32,000 nucleotides of DNA from Candidatus Hermodarchaeota archaeon (GTDB taxonomy: Archaea; Asgardarchaeota; Heimdallarchaeia; Hodarchaeales; Hodarchaeaceae): contig JBHLKY010000009.1 in assembly GCA_048886185.1 (NCBI GenBank), positions 180,001 through 212,000 of the forward strand, given 5' to 3'. Positions 1 to 9,956 of this stretch are shown here, one piece after another. The translations under genes were made by a program, and so were the position numbers. The notes under the pieces are model-generated. The model saw only the letters and a list, made by a program, of their open reading frames with translations. It was not told the origin of the DNA and did not search any database. Numbering within the stretch: the stretch's first letter is position 1; every line of letters starts with the position of its first letter.

Positions 1-715
1 TCGTCACAGTAGCCGTTGACAGTTTAGAGTTTGGGATTATTATATCGTACTTAGCCGGGGGACGAATAATTGTATGTCTCCATGTCATATCTGTAATGTA
101 TCCTTCTTCACCAGAATCAAGTTTGATGTAATCTCCAATTTTAAATTCTCTTGATGCAAGAAGATAAACACCAGCAAAAAAATTTGAAAGTGTTGGTTGA
201 AGTGCTAAAGCAACAGTTAGGCCCCCTACTCCGAGTAATGTTAATAATGGTGTGATATCAATCCCTAGTGATTGAATAATGATGAGAAATCCAAGCAAAA
301 GGTAAATAAAATTCATCAAATTAGTCACAATTGAGGTAGCTGCCAATGCTCCTTCTGTTTTACCCGCATAATGCATTACAAAGCCACTGGTAACTCTAGC
401 AAATATTAAAAGGATTGATAGAGTAATTAAAATGAATATAACATCAACAAATAAATCTGAAGTATCAGCACCTAATAAATATTCGAAATCAATGGTAAGA
501 ATAGCACCATAACAACCCATCATTAGAAACCAGAAAATTGGAATTCCGCGAAAAGCCTTAACAATTATTTCAACTCCTTTCCATTTTGCTTTACTTAAGA
601 CTCTTCTAAATCGTGCAAAAACTATAATTTCCAGAATAAACCCAAGAAATAATCCTCCAATTATGAAAGCAAGCGCAATAATCATTTGTTCTTGAATCAA
701 AGTTTGCTTTATCAA
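1..715 (-). CDS. mscS: Small-conductance mechanosensitive channel (MscS family); C-terminus runs off the window start
   Basis: Not in the ORF track; translated by hand. Contains LGIDITPLLTLLGVGGLTVALALQPTLSNFFAGVYLLASREFKIGDYIKLDSGEEGYITDMTWRHTII...IPNSKL (MscS TM3 and beta domain). TTG at 715 has GAGGT 8 nt upstream; an alternative in-frame ATG lies at 685. Confidence 0.93.
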   Translation of the reverse strand, partial: MIKQTLIQEQMIIALAFIIGGLFLGFILEIIVFARFRRVLSKAKWKGVEIIVKAFRGIPIFWFLMMGCYGAILTIDFEYLLGADTSDLFVDVIFILITLSILLIFARVTSGFVMHYAGKTEGALAATSIVTNLMNFIYLLLGFLIIIQSLGIDITPLLTLLGVGGLTVALALQPTLSNFFAGVYLLASREFKIGDYIKLDSGEEGYITDMTWRHTIIRPPAKYDIIIPNSKLSTATVT

Positions 716-792
716 GCTTACTAACCTCTATAACTAAAACATTGCTGATCTATATTCCCAAACAATTTATTATTAAAGGGAATGTACATCGG

Positions 793-1893
793 TTATAACC
801 AACCTTTTTTCCAAAAATAACTTAACATGATTATAGCAACTAGTAGCATTAAAGAAAGAGCCATAGGGTAACCAAAAGACCAAGCTAATTCAGGCATTAA
901 ATGAAAATTCATTCCATAAATACCTGAAATTACTGTCATCGGGATAACAATTGTAGCGATGATGGTTAGCACTTTCATTACTTCATTCATTTTATTACTA
1001 ATACTGGAAAGATAAATATCAAGCATACCTGAAACAATATCTCGGAGCGTTTCTACTGTATCGATCACTTGGATTGTATGATCATAAACATCTCTAATGT
1101 ACTTCTGGGTTTCAGGTTGTATCAATACTGATCCCCCACGTTCTAGTCGACTAATTAATTCTCTTAAAGGCCACACAGACTTACGAATGAATATAATATT
1201 AGTTTTTAGAGAATGTATTGTCTGAATTGTCTCAGTTCCTGGAGTGGTAACTACCTCTTCTTCCAAAAATTCAATGCGTTCACTCAATCTTTCTAGAATC
1301 AAAAAGTAATTGTCTACAATAACATCAATTAATGCATAAAATAGATGATCGGCACCATAGGATCGAATTTTCCCTTTTTTCCCTTTTATACGTTCGCGAA
1401 TAGGATTAAATACATCCTCAGGTCTTTCTTGAAATGATAATACGTAATTTTGTCCAAGAATTAAACTAACTTGTTCAATGACAACACTTTTTCGTTCCTC
1501 ATTGTAATTAAGCATTTTTAACACTATATAGAGGTGATTTTCATAATCATCAATTTTTGGCCTCTGGTCTGTATTGAGAATGTCCTCTAATAACAAAGGA
1601 TGTAAATTAAAATGTTCTCCAAACTTTTCTAAAATTGAAGTGTCATGAAGTCCATCCATATTGACCCATGTTATAGTAGGCTTTAACTTAAAAGGTAGAC
1701 ATTCTTCTACTGTCTTAACCTCTTTTTCCTCATAATTTATTTCGTCATAATCTAATACTGTTATCCTTGTCTCTTCTATTTTTTTACGGCCAACAAAAAT
1801 TGGAGTACCAGGAGGAAGTCCTACCTTCTTTTTTCTTTTTTTAATAATTGCAGGTAATTTTTTTGATCTTCCCTTTTGTAATAGCTGGGCCAT
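793..1893 (-). CDS. corA: Magnesium/cobalt transporter CorA
   Basis: GIYGMNF signature, two C-terminal TM helices, N-terminal GLPPGT motif of Thermotoga-type CorA. Start moved from 1941 to the ATG at 1893 (MAQLLQK), which has GGAG upstream. Confidence 0.95.
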   Translation of the reverse strand: MAQLLQKGRSKKLPAIIKKRKKKVGLPPGTPIFVGRKKIEETRITVLDYDEINYEEKEVKTVEECLPFKLKPTITWVNMDGLHDTSILEKFGEHFNLHPLLLEDILNTDQRPKIDDYENHLYIVLKMLNYNEERKSVVIEQVSLILGQNYVLSFQERPEDVFNPIRERIKGKKGKIRSYGADHLFYALIDVIVDNYFLILERLSERIEFLEEEVVTTPGTETIQTIHSLKTNIIFIRKSVWPLRELISRLERGGSVLIQPETQKYIRDVYDHTIQVIDTVETLRDIVSGMLDIYLSSISNKMNEVMKVLTIIATIVIPMTVISGIYGMNFHLMPELAWSFGYPMALSLMLLVAIIMLSYFWKKGWL

Positions 1894-2071
1894 TAGATTT
1901 GATCTCCTTGTACATTTTTCAATTTTGCTTTTGAATAACAATAAAGAGTTACAATGGATCAGGGCGTTGTATAATGATAGTAGTGTTTATTTTAGTGGAA
2001 AAAGAGGGCTGTCATTTGTTAATAATTCTGACAGTCTCGAAATAACGATGCATTAAGCGACATTCATAACC

Positions 2072-2500
2072 TTAAATAGACTCATCTGCTTCTAGAAGAC
2101 TTTGGAAAGTATCATGATGATCCTCCTCATCTTCTAGAATTTCTTGAAAAATGAAAGCTGTTGTTACATCATTGTTTGTTTGAGCTTGTTTAATTATTTG
2201 TTTGTAAAATGCGATTGTCTCTTCTTCTGCTTTTTTATCATTTTCAAGCATTTCTTTTAGATTCTCCCCCAATGATATAGAAGCAGGTTTTGTTGTTGGT
2301 ACTTCACCTAGGTAAAATAGTCTTTCCGCTATCTTTTCAGCATGACCCATTTCTTCAATAGCTATTTTTCTGAATTCTTCTTTAACTGTATAATGTTTTG
2401 GGCCCCTCCATAATACATGCTGCCACATATATTGAATAGAAACTTGCATCTCCATCGAGATTGCCTCATTTAGCATTCCTAATAATTTATTTGGCGCCAT
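2072..2500 (-). CDS. bfr: Bacterioferritin / ferritin-like di-iron protein
   Basis: Ferroxidase ligand pattern E..QY, EEMGHAE, EEETIAFY, EEDHH in a 142-aa four-helix bundle; GGTGA upstream of the ATG. Confidence 0.85.
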   Translation of the reverse strand: MAPNKLLGMLNEAISMEMQVSIQYMWQHVLWRGPKHYTVKEEFRKIAIEEMGHAEKIAERLFYLGEVPTTKPASISLGENLKEMLENDKKAEEETIAFYKQIIKQAQTNNDVTTAFIFQEILEDEEDHHDTFQSLLEADESI

Positions 2501-2786
2501 TAGATCTCACCTTCTTAATTGGACCTATCTATGTTTATAGATATAATCTCTTAAAAATTTTCGCTTTGGTAATAAACATAAAATGTTCAAATTATAGATA
2601 AAAAGAATTGATATAGACAATTATCCGAATTTTATAAATACCTACAATTATGTTTTTATCAGTATTGATGATTAAGGCTTTATCGGGGAACTATCTCTAT
2701 TAATGATTTGAATTTCGCTTCAACATTCTTAAATAGAAATCAAAGTCATTTATATCCTAAGTTAAACTAAGAAGGTGTTTTGAAAA

Positions 2787-3158
2787 ATGAGTGAAAAAAA
2801 ACTTAAAGAGGCAGAAAAGAAAAAACAAGAAGCCATGAGAAAGATGACAGAAGCAGAAGAGCTTGAAAAGAAAGCTGGAAGAAAAAGAAAAGAAGCAGAA
2901 GTTAAAGAAAAGGAAGCAGAGAAAAGATCACAAGAGGCAATCAAGAAACGTGGAGAAGAAGAGAAAAAGCGAATGAAGGAGACTGAACACAAGCATAAGG
3001 AAGCTGAGAAGAGGGCGAAAAAAGAGGAGGAAAAACAAAAGAAGGAAGCTGAACATAAGCGTCGGGAAGTAGAGAAAAAGGCCAAGAATGAAGAGGAGAA
3101 AGCAAAAAAGGATGCTGAGAAGAAAAGAAAGGAAACTGAAAAAGCACTTAAAAAGTAA
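2787..3158 (+). CDS. Lys/Glu-rich alpha-helical repeat protein (123 aa), function unknown
   Basis: Almost entirely K/E/R/A with heptad-spaced EA and then 22-aa repeats. TTTATA box about 30 nt upstream and GAAGGTG SD-like site. A paralogue lies at 3385-3600. Confidence 0.8.
   Translation: MSEKKLKEAEKKKQEAMRKMTEAEELEKKAGRKRKEAEVKEKEAEKRSQEAIKKRGEEEKKRMKETEHKHKEAEKRAKKEEEKQKKEAEHKRREVEKKAKNEEEKAKKDAEKKRKETEKALKK
2913..3155 (+). repeat. Degenerate 66-nt (22-codon) tandem repeat, about 3.7 units
   Basis: Units EAEKRSQEAIKKRGEEEKKRMK / ETEHKHKEAEKRAKKEEEKQKK / EAEHKRREVEKKAKNEEEKAKK / DAEKKRKETEKALKK. Confidence 0.7.
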
Positions 3159-3384
3159 CAATTTATCCTCAGTTAGACTGGTGTTACTATTAGCTTAATA
3201 CTTTTCTGAAATAAAGTTCATGACCCAAGCCAATAATAAGATTACTTACTTAACCTAGCTCTGGCAATTTGTTTCAATAAAAAAACTCTAAAACCACTAG
3301 AAGTAAGGATAGTGCTTGTATTAGCACTAAAACAGAGTAATACAGTGGTAAATAAAGTTCGATAATGGAATGGGTTAATTCTAA

Positions 3385-3600
3385 TTAGAGTTCTAATTTA
3401 TTCACCTGTTCTTTCATCTTTTTTTTCCTATCTGCTAAATTCTTTTTTACTTCTTTAACCTTCCTCTCTGCTTCGTCAAATTTAATTCTTGCTTCAAATT
3501 TCTTCTTTTCCGCCTGTTTCTCTAATTTTTCCGCCTCCTTCCGTTTTTTTGTGGCCTCTTGCCTTTTCTTTTCCACCTCTTTCAACTTTTTTTCAGTCAT
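3385..3600 (-). CDS. Lys/Glu-rich helical protein (71 aa), paralogue of 2787-3158
   Basis: 30/54 identical residues to the N-terminus of the 123-aa protein by manual alignment; AGGTGG SD-like site upstream of the ATG. Confidence 0.75.
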   Translation of the reverse strand: MTEKKLKEVEKKRQEATKKRKEAEKLEKQAEKKKFEARIKFDEAERKVKEVKKNLADRKKKMKEQVNKLEL

Positions 3601-3752
3601 ACTACCACCTTTTGACCGATTTTTTCACTTGTTTCAGATTAAATAATTATTAAAGACTTTTCATGATATCAGTTTGTTGATATAATATTTTTTGTCTCTA
3701 GCAAGTAATTTTAAATAATGTTGTCACAAGGAAAAAGTAGCTATTTTGGATT

Positions 3753-6101
3753 TCATTGATCATAAATCTGTTCTTCAGAAAATTTATCTTTAAGCTTATT
3801 TGGCCTTAAAACTCTACCACAATGAGCACATACTGGATATTTTGTTTTCCAATTGCTTCCACAGTAGTGACAAGTTTTTACTCTTCTTAGGAGGCGATTA
3901 AATATTCTAATATATAACCCCCAAACCAATGCAGTAATTGCTGCTATTGTTCCAATCCAAGCTCCCATATCACTTTCTAAAAATAGCCAAGCTAACCATT
4001 CAACTAAGAAATTTAATTTTGTTTGTACATAGATGGTTATATTGGTTTCTGCGGGGTAGTAACCATCCTTATGAGCTAAAAAGAAGCAATATAAATCGGT
4101 TTTTGTTTGCCTGGAATCTAAAATAATTGGATTTTCCCCTTTGAGAGTATAAAGAGATTTGTTATACCAAAGAGGTTCTTTCCATGAATCAGATTGGATT
4201 ATAGCATAGTATTGAACATTTTTGCGGAGAATACCTACTTCATCACGAATTTCTAAATATATTTTGATTTGATCTTCCTGTATTGGTTTGGCTGGATTGA
4301 CAAGAACATTCATTGTTAACGATCGTAAAACCAAAAATGACGCTTCGAGTGTAAAAAATCCAACTTGTTTATGAAGAAGATGAATAGTAAATTTGATCGT
4401 CCCTCCTGTAGATACTGTGAAATTATAACGAGTTGAATAATTCGATTCAACTGACAAAGTTGGATTGGCAATAATTGCGTTAATTGATTCTAATGGAGCA
4501 ATGAGTACAAGCTGTGTATTGAAATATAAACCTGAAGATTGTGTCCCATTATTCTCAGGAACAATTTGAATGAGTAAACTTTGTTCCTCACGAACTGTTA
4601 TTGGATTATTAAACTCTAGAAGTAATTGGAAGGGGAAAATCGATCCTAGACCATTGAGGGCTTGGATATTGGCTTTTATCAATGATCCTTGTGTTGTATT
4701 ATCAAATAAAAATAAACCAAGGGAAACAGAATAGAAAGCATAGAAGTATCCAGATGTAGAAGAATCATCAATATTGTTTGAAGCATGTCCACCAATGATG
4801 ACAGTTTTATAGGCTTCTTCATTGAGATTGTCCCATAAAAGAATCAATAATCTCTGTAATTGCTCAAATGAAATTTTACCTATATCTGGTGAGGTAGTTA
4901 AAGAAAACCATTTAGTCATTTGAGAAAGTAGATTTATAAGAGCAAATTGATCACCTATGTATATCCGATCACTCGGATATATTGGTCCAGTCTTATCAAA
5001 TTCATAAGTAACAATTCCGTTGAGATATAGGGTGTTTTCATGGCGAAAGAGTACTTGTATATCTGTTAAAAGACGAATTAACTTTTCTTGGTATAAATCA
5101 GCTAGAATTGGATCAAAAAAATCATAGATTTCTCTATCAGCTTCAGTATTGAAGTCTTTTATCTGATTAAAATAATATTCTAACAGATATAAGCCATCTA
5201 TGAAAAAAAACCAACTTATTTGGTTTCGATAATGATACATTCCTAAAGATTGATCTCTTTCCGCGTGAAGGAACCCATAATCTAATCCTAAATTATACGA
5301 TAGATTATAATCTAGGAATCCTTCAATCTTGTCCGTGGTCATATTCTCAAGATGTATTATTCGTTCGAGAAATCCGAGAACTTGTATCTCATCAAGAACC
5401 TTGTATGATAATTGCTGATAAATTATCATAGCCATTAGCTGATCTTGGAGAGTCGCAATTGGGGAAATTGATCCTGGAATAGGATTCTCCGTGGCATCTA
5501 ATAGAATAGAATGCCGAAAAAAAGCAGCAGGGGTTTCTTCATGTAAAAAAAGCTCAAGATTGTTCATGATGTTTTGTGCCATTTCAATCAAGGTTAAATT
5601 ACGAGAAGGTTCAAGTGCTAACAAAGCTTTAGCTATCCAAAGGTTCATGCGTGTTGAGACATTTCGATCACCATCTTTTATAATGTAAAAGAGACCTTGA
5701 TCTGTTTTATCCAATGACTCCTTGGAGTTGGCTAAATCGGCTGTGAGAACAAGGTCAAAATCTGAAAGTATCTTATCAACAAGATCCAAAGATGCCTTAA
5801 TTGAATTTAATGCTGTAATAGCTTGACAGATAATTTCTATTGTAGTTGTTAAATCATCATTAAGAAATTCACTGATATCCCAATTATCCGTCAAGTATCT
5901 AACAACTTCTTGTTGCTGTATTATTGATCTAGAAGAGATTTGAGTAGCCTGGGTGATAGGGCTAGGAAGTAAAAAATCTGGCTCAAATTCTCCTTGTTGA
6001 ATAAATGAATAACATTTCGCTTTAGTTTCTAAAGATAAAGGTATACAAATTAGAAGTGTCATCAAGAGTATGAATCCAAGTTGTCTGTCTCTTTTTAGCA
6101 C
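3753..6101 (-). CDS. Large secreted/membrane-anchored protein with C-terminal cytoplasmic zinc ribbon
   Basis: N-terminal signal-like hydrophobic stretch (LGFILLMTLLICIPLSL), helical then beta-rich extracellular region, hydrophobic segments near the C-terminus, then CHYCG...CAHCG. Confidence 0.75.
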   Translation of the reverse strand: MLKRDRQLGFILLMTLLICIPLSLETKAKCYSFIQQGEFEPDFLLPSPITQATQISSRSIIQQQEVVRYLTDNWDISEFLNDDLTTTIEIICQAITALNSIKASLDLVDKILSDFDLVLTADLANSKESLDKTDQGLFYIIKDGDRNVSTRMNLWIAKALLALEPSRNLTLIEMAQNIMNNLELFLHEETPAAFFRHSILLDATENPIPGSISPIATLQDQLMAMIIYQQLSYKVLDEIQVLGFLERIIHLENMTTDKIEGFLDYNLSYNLGLDYGFLHAERDQSLGMYHYRNQISWFFFIDGLYLLEYYFNQIKDFNTEADREIYDFFDPILADLYQEKLIRLLTDIQVLFRHENTLYLNGIVTYEFDKTGPIYPSDRIYIGDQFALINLLSQMTKWFSLTTSPDIGKISFEQLQRLLILLWDNLNEEAYKTVIIGGHASNNIDDSSTSGYFYAFYSVSLGLFLFDNTTQGSLIKANIQALNGLGSIFPFQLLLEFNNPITVREEQSLLIQIVPENNGTQSSGLYFNTQLVLIAPLESINAIIANPTLSVESNYSTRYNFTVSTGGTIKFTIHLLHKQVGFFTLEASFLVLRSLTMNVLVNPAKPIQEDQIKIYLEIRDEVGILRKNVQYYAIIQSDSWKEPLWYNKSLYTLKGENPIILDSRQTKTDLYCFFLAHKDGYYPAETNITIYVQTKLNFLVEWLAWLFLESDMGAWIGTIAAITALVWGLYIRIFNRLLRRVKTCHYCGSNWKTKYPVCAHCGRVLRPNKLKDKFSEEQIYDQ

Positions 6102-6185
6102 CTGATTAACCTCTTCTTATACGAATTCTTTCTGATTAATAGATAGAAAATCAAAATAAAAGGTTAAAAAAACAAGTAAATCTCA

Positions 6186-7118
6186 TTAACCTTCAGGAAT
6201 GAGAGGAACTGATCGCGCATAATTTGAACTTTGATAATAGAAGTGTACTTTTTTAATCGCTTCTAAAGAGAAATCAGTTTCTTGATGAATTTTTTGAATT
6301 GAAAAACCTGCTTCTAATCGTATTAAAATACGATCGACCTCTTCCGATTTTAACCCAAAAAAGAAGTTATATGCTGGAGGTTTCTTAAATTCTCTCATAG
6401 TTAAATATTCTTGAAGGTGAAGATGTTCAGCTAGTTGAATGACTTGTGTTCGATAAAGACCAGCTAGAGGCAGAAAATCACATGCATGATAAGTACCAAA
6501 TTTAGTAAAGAATCCCAAAAGCCGTTCAGTTTTATTCGTGGAACCGATAACAGATTTATTTTCTGTCTCTGCTAATAAGAATGCTAATAGCATTCCTAAG
6601 CGGATTTGGGCTTTATGATAGGCTATGGTTCTCTGGATAAAGTGCTCTCGTGGTGATAATGGTTCTTCTGTGGGAGGCATAAAGGTTTTCTCTTCAATTT
6701 CATTAGCAGCCATACTTCTCAAAAGAAAATAGCTTAAATTATAATTAAAAAGAGGACTAGCATCATAAAATATTACCTCCTTTTCATAAAAGCTTTTCCT
6801 AATCTCCTTAAGAGCTCCTTCTTTATTAACAAACACGATATTCTCTGGAGGAAGGTTAATAAACTGATTTATTTCTTCTAAAGACATTCTTTCTTTTGGT
6901 GCTTTATAAATCAATCGTCCTCTCGTTACGATTAGTTTAATATTCCTTTCTCCTACTATTTCTTTAGCAATGTGAACATTAATCAAGGATTCAACGCAAT
7001 CACTAAATATAACGACAAGTCCCTTAATATTTCTTTGATCTAACTTAGTACGAATAAATTCAACGATTTGTGCTTTTAAAGCAGACGAATTAATACTAAG
7101 ACTATTATCAATTGTCAT
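6186..7118 (-). CDS. NH3-dependent NAD+ synthetase (NadE)-like protein with degenerate active site
   Basis: Keeps VIGSTNKTERLLGFFTKFG and DFLPLAGLYRTQVIQLAEHL, but the PP-loop SGGxDS reads SDCVES. Confidence 0.8.
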   Translation of the reverse strand: MTIDNSLSINSSALKAQIVEFIRTKLDQRNIKGLVVIFSDCVESLINVHIAKEIVGERNIKLIVTRGRLIYKAPKERMSLEEINQFINLPPENIVFVNKEGALKEIRKSFYEKEVIFYDASPLFNYNLSYFLLRSMAANEIEEKTFMPPTEEPLSPREHFIQRTIAYHKAQIRLGMLLAFLLAETENKSVIGSTNKTERLLGFFTKFGTYHACDFLPLAGLYRTQVIQLAEHLHLQEYLTMREFKKPPAYNFFFGLKSEEVDRILIRLEAGFSIQKIHQETDFSLEAIKKVHFYYQSSNYARSVPLIPEG

Positions 7119-7288
7119 AATTATTCTCCTTTACTAAATAATGAAAAATTTCTCATTTATATTTATTTCAATCTTGATCAGATTTCAGATTATATTCTTT
7201 CTCTATTACTTTAAATTGAAAGGGAATAAGGAGGCAAGTATTTTTTAGGAAAAGAATAAAAGTGATTTATTGAATATTCTAAGTAACA

Positions 7289-8707
7289 ATGATTTCATCG
7301 TGGTTACCCTCAAATCGGATGAAACACCTACTCCTAATTTTCTTTTTTGTTATAATCCTAGGTCTTTTAATAATTTTTTATTTAATTAATCCACGCATTG
7401 GAAAAATGGTTATTTTTTCACTCGTTTTTATTGTAACTTTTCTCCTAGTTGCAAAATATCATCTTGACCAACTAACTATCATCTTGGTTTCTTGCTTGAT
7501 AGTGTTAATTTTAGCAATTTTTTTGTTAGAAGACTTTACTTGGTACAATGTAGTTGATCATTATATAGAATGGGAAGTACTTGCTGTAGTTTTTGGAATG
7601 TCACTTCTAGTTGAAACAATATCAGAAACAGGATTGTTTGATTGGCTAATTATAAGAATTTTGAAAATTTCCAAAGGAGAAGTTTTTCCTTTGTTTGTTT
7701 TGACCTTTATCTTAACCATTTTATTATCATCTGTGCTAGCAAATGTTACAGCAATGATCCTAGTTGGTTCAATGATTATCACCACTTGTAAAGGGCTTGA
7801 TTATGATCCTACTCCCTTTATTGTTGGTGCTGTACTTGCTACTGACCTTGCTGGTATGGCAACAGTAGTATCTTCTTTACCAGCAATTCTAGTTGGAGCA
7901 AAGGCCGGGATTGGATTTGTTGAATTTCTTATAGTTTCATTCCCCTTCGTGATTTTATCGATTCCAATATGTATTTTTTACTTGAAAAAATACTTCCCTC
8001 CAGAGAAGATTCCCCTTAAGGAAGTATCAAGTGTCGATGCTCGAATGATTTTATCTTTGGATCCATGGGTAGTAGTAGAAGATATAACAAAATTTAGGTT
8101 AGCATTCGTATCACTATTTATAACAATTGTTGGATTTGCTCTTGCTCAGCCATTGAACATACCTATTGGGGTTATTGCCATCTCAGGAGGAATAATAGCA
8201 ATTGTACTGACTAGGCCAAATGAGCAAGAATTGATTGCCAAATTAAATTGGAGCGCTCTACTTCTGTTTGCAGGGCTCTTTATTTTAGTTGGGACATTAG
8301 AAGAGACTGAAGTTTTGGTTGATATTGCTCATTGGCTTAAGGAGATAAGCGGAGGCGATCTCTTTCTTTCTGGTTTTCTCATTCTTTTGATAACAGGTTT
8401 TTTCAGCGGACTTCTCGATAATATTCCTGTCACAGCTGCGCTTATTCCTGTAGTAGAAGATTTGAATACTTCTTTTGGCGATTCCAATCCGCATTTTCTT
8501 TGGTTTATCTTAGTTTTCTCTGGTGCGTTAGGTGGAGGATGGACACCTTTTGGTTCAGCGGCAGGTATCTTAGCGGTCTCCTTTCTTGCTAAAAAACGAC
8601 CACTAGAATTTAAAACGTTTATCCTTTGTCTTCTACCCATATCGATTATCTTATTAATCCTTAGTGGTATTTATCTTTCACTCTTGGCACTGATAGGCCT
8701 AATTTGA
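7289..8707 (+). CDS. ArsB/NhaD/SLC13 (IT superfamily) anion or carboxylate permease
   Basis: More than 10 TM segments with the repeated IT motifs VLANVTAMIL and GLLDNIPVTAAL, and GGGWTPFGSAAGIL. Confidence 0.85.
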   Translation: MISSWLPSNRMKHLLLIFFFVIILGLLIIFYLINPRIGKMVIFSLVFIVTFLLVAKYHLDQLTIILVSCLIVLILAIFLLEDFTWYNVVDHYIEWEVLAVVFGMSLLVETISETGLFDWLIIRILKISKGEVFPLFVLTFILTILLSSVLANVTAMILVGSMIITTCKGLDYDPTPFIVGAVLATDLAGMATVVSSLPAILVGAKAGIGFVEFLIVSFPFVILSIPICIFYLKKYFPPEKIPLKEVSSVDARMILSLDPWVVVEDITKFRLAFVSLFITIVGFALAQPLNIPIGVIAISGGIIAIVLTRPNEQELIAKLNWSALLLFAGLFILVGTLEETEVLVDIAHWLKEISGGDLFLSGFLILLITGFFSGLLDNIPVTAALIPVVEDLNTSFGDSNPHFLWFILVFSGALGGGWTPFGSAAGILAVSFLAKKRPLEFKTFILCLLPISIILLILSGIYLSLLALIGLI

Positions 8708-8954
8708 ACTTAAAAAAGAATGTCTTGATTCTTGATTAATCACAGTATTAGGGTTCATTAGTTATCCCGAGATTATCCTAAATCAAATAATTTATAGTTT
8801 ATGTGCTGAAGCGTGGAACTTTTAGAATCAGATTTTTTCTTTTTGATTAATCATTTGGATCATGAACCAAGAACCTTAAAAAAGGATAAAAAATTGCTTG
8901 AATTCGTAAAAAATATGATTTATTTTGTCATACGAAGAATTTTGAGGTTTTTAT

Positions 8955-9956
8955 ATGGATAAAATTGTAGAATGCGTACCTAATTTTTCAACTTCTGATT
9001 CTACAGTTATAAAAGCAATTACTGATGCGATTGAAATGGTTGATAACGTAAAGTTGTTAAATGTGGATCCAGATGTTGATTATAATAGAGTTGTTGTCAC
9101 ATTTGTAGGAACCCCAGAATCTGTCGGGGAAGCTGCGTTCCAAGGCATCGTTAAAGCTACTGAACTCATCGATATGAGAAAACATAAAGGGGAACATCCC
9201 AGAGTAGGAGCAACCGATGTATGTCCTTTTGTTCCAGTTAGGGGAGTGAAAGATGATGATTGTATTAAAATAGCTAACAGGTTAGCTGAAAGAGTTGCCA
9301 AAGAATTGAAAATTCCAACTTATTTATATGCTAAAGCTGCTCGTAACGAGGAAAGGGTGTCTTTACCAAATATTCGCAAAGGAGAATATGAGGGTTTACC
9401 AGAGAAAGTGATTGATCCAAATTGGAAACCAGATTATGGCGACCCAATTTTTAATGAGCGTTCTGGAGCGACAGTCATCGGTGCGAGAGATTTTCTTATT
9501 GCTTATAATGTGAATATTGAATCTGAAGATGTAGAGATTGCGATAGAAATTGGCCGAGCTGTTAGGGAATCAGGATGGTGGGTAGAAAAAGATGGGCAGA
9601 AAATACGAGAACCTGGAAAATTCAAAGGGATTCAAGGCATGGGTGTAACTCTCGAAAGGCCAGATCGAAAATTAACCCAGGTATCAATGAATGTATTGAA
9701 CTATAGGGAATTAACAAAACCACATGAAGTATTTGAAGAGATCAAAAGATTAGCCTCTGAAAAAGGAACGAAAGTAACAGGAAGCGAAATTGTTGGTTTG
9801 ATTCCTTTAGAAGCTATCCTCATGGCTGGAAAAGACTATGCTCCAGAAGAAGAGGATCAAGAAAAATTGATCAACATTGCTATAGATAAGCTTGGATTAA
9901 GTGATCTTGACACTTTCAAACCTGAAGAGAAAATAATTGAGTTGATGATTAAATGA
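8955..9956 (+). CDS. ftcD: Glutamate formiminotransferase
   Basis: KIVECVPNFS, IDMRKHKGEHPRVGATDVCPFVP, RDFLIAYNVNI; GAGGT SD-like site. Confidence 0.95.
   Translation: MDKIVECVPNFSTSDSTVIKAITDAIEMVDNVKLLNVDPDVDYNRVVVTFVGTPESVGEAAFQGIVKATELIDMRKHKGEHPRVGATDVCPFVPVRGVKDDDCIKIANRLAERVAKELKIPTYLYAKAARNEERVSLPNIRKGEYEGLPEKVIDPNWKPDYGDPIFNERSGATVIGARDFLIAYNVNIESEDVEIAIEIGRAVRESGWWVEKDGQKIREPGKFKGIQGMGVTLERPDRKLTQVSMNVLNYRELTKPHEVFEEIKRLASEKGTKVTGSEIVGLIPLEAILMAGKDYAPEEEDQEKLINIAIDKLGLSDLDTFKPEEKIIELMIK

Noticed and set aside
2009-2034. Inverted repeat CTGTCA-N14-TGACAG between bfr and corA
   Set aside because: Only a 6-bp perfect stem and no resemblance to a Mg2+ riboswitch; could be chance or a weak operator.
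2762-3161. Hydrophobic Phe/Leu/Ser-rich ORFs antisense to the K/E-rich gene (also antisense ORFs inside 24616-26589)
   Set aside because: Expected shadows of GAA/AAA-rich coding sequence.
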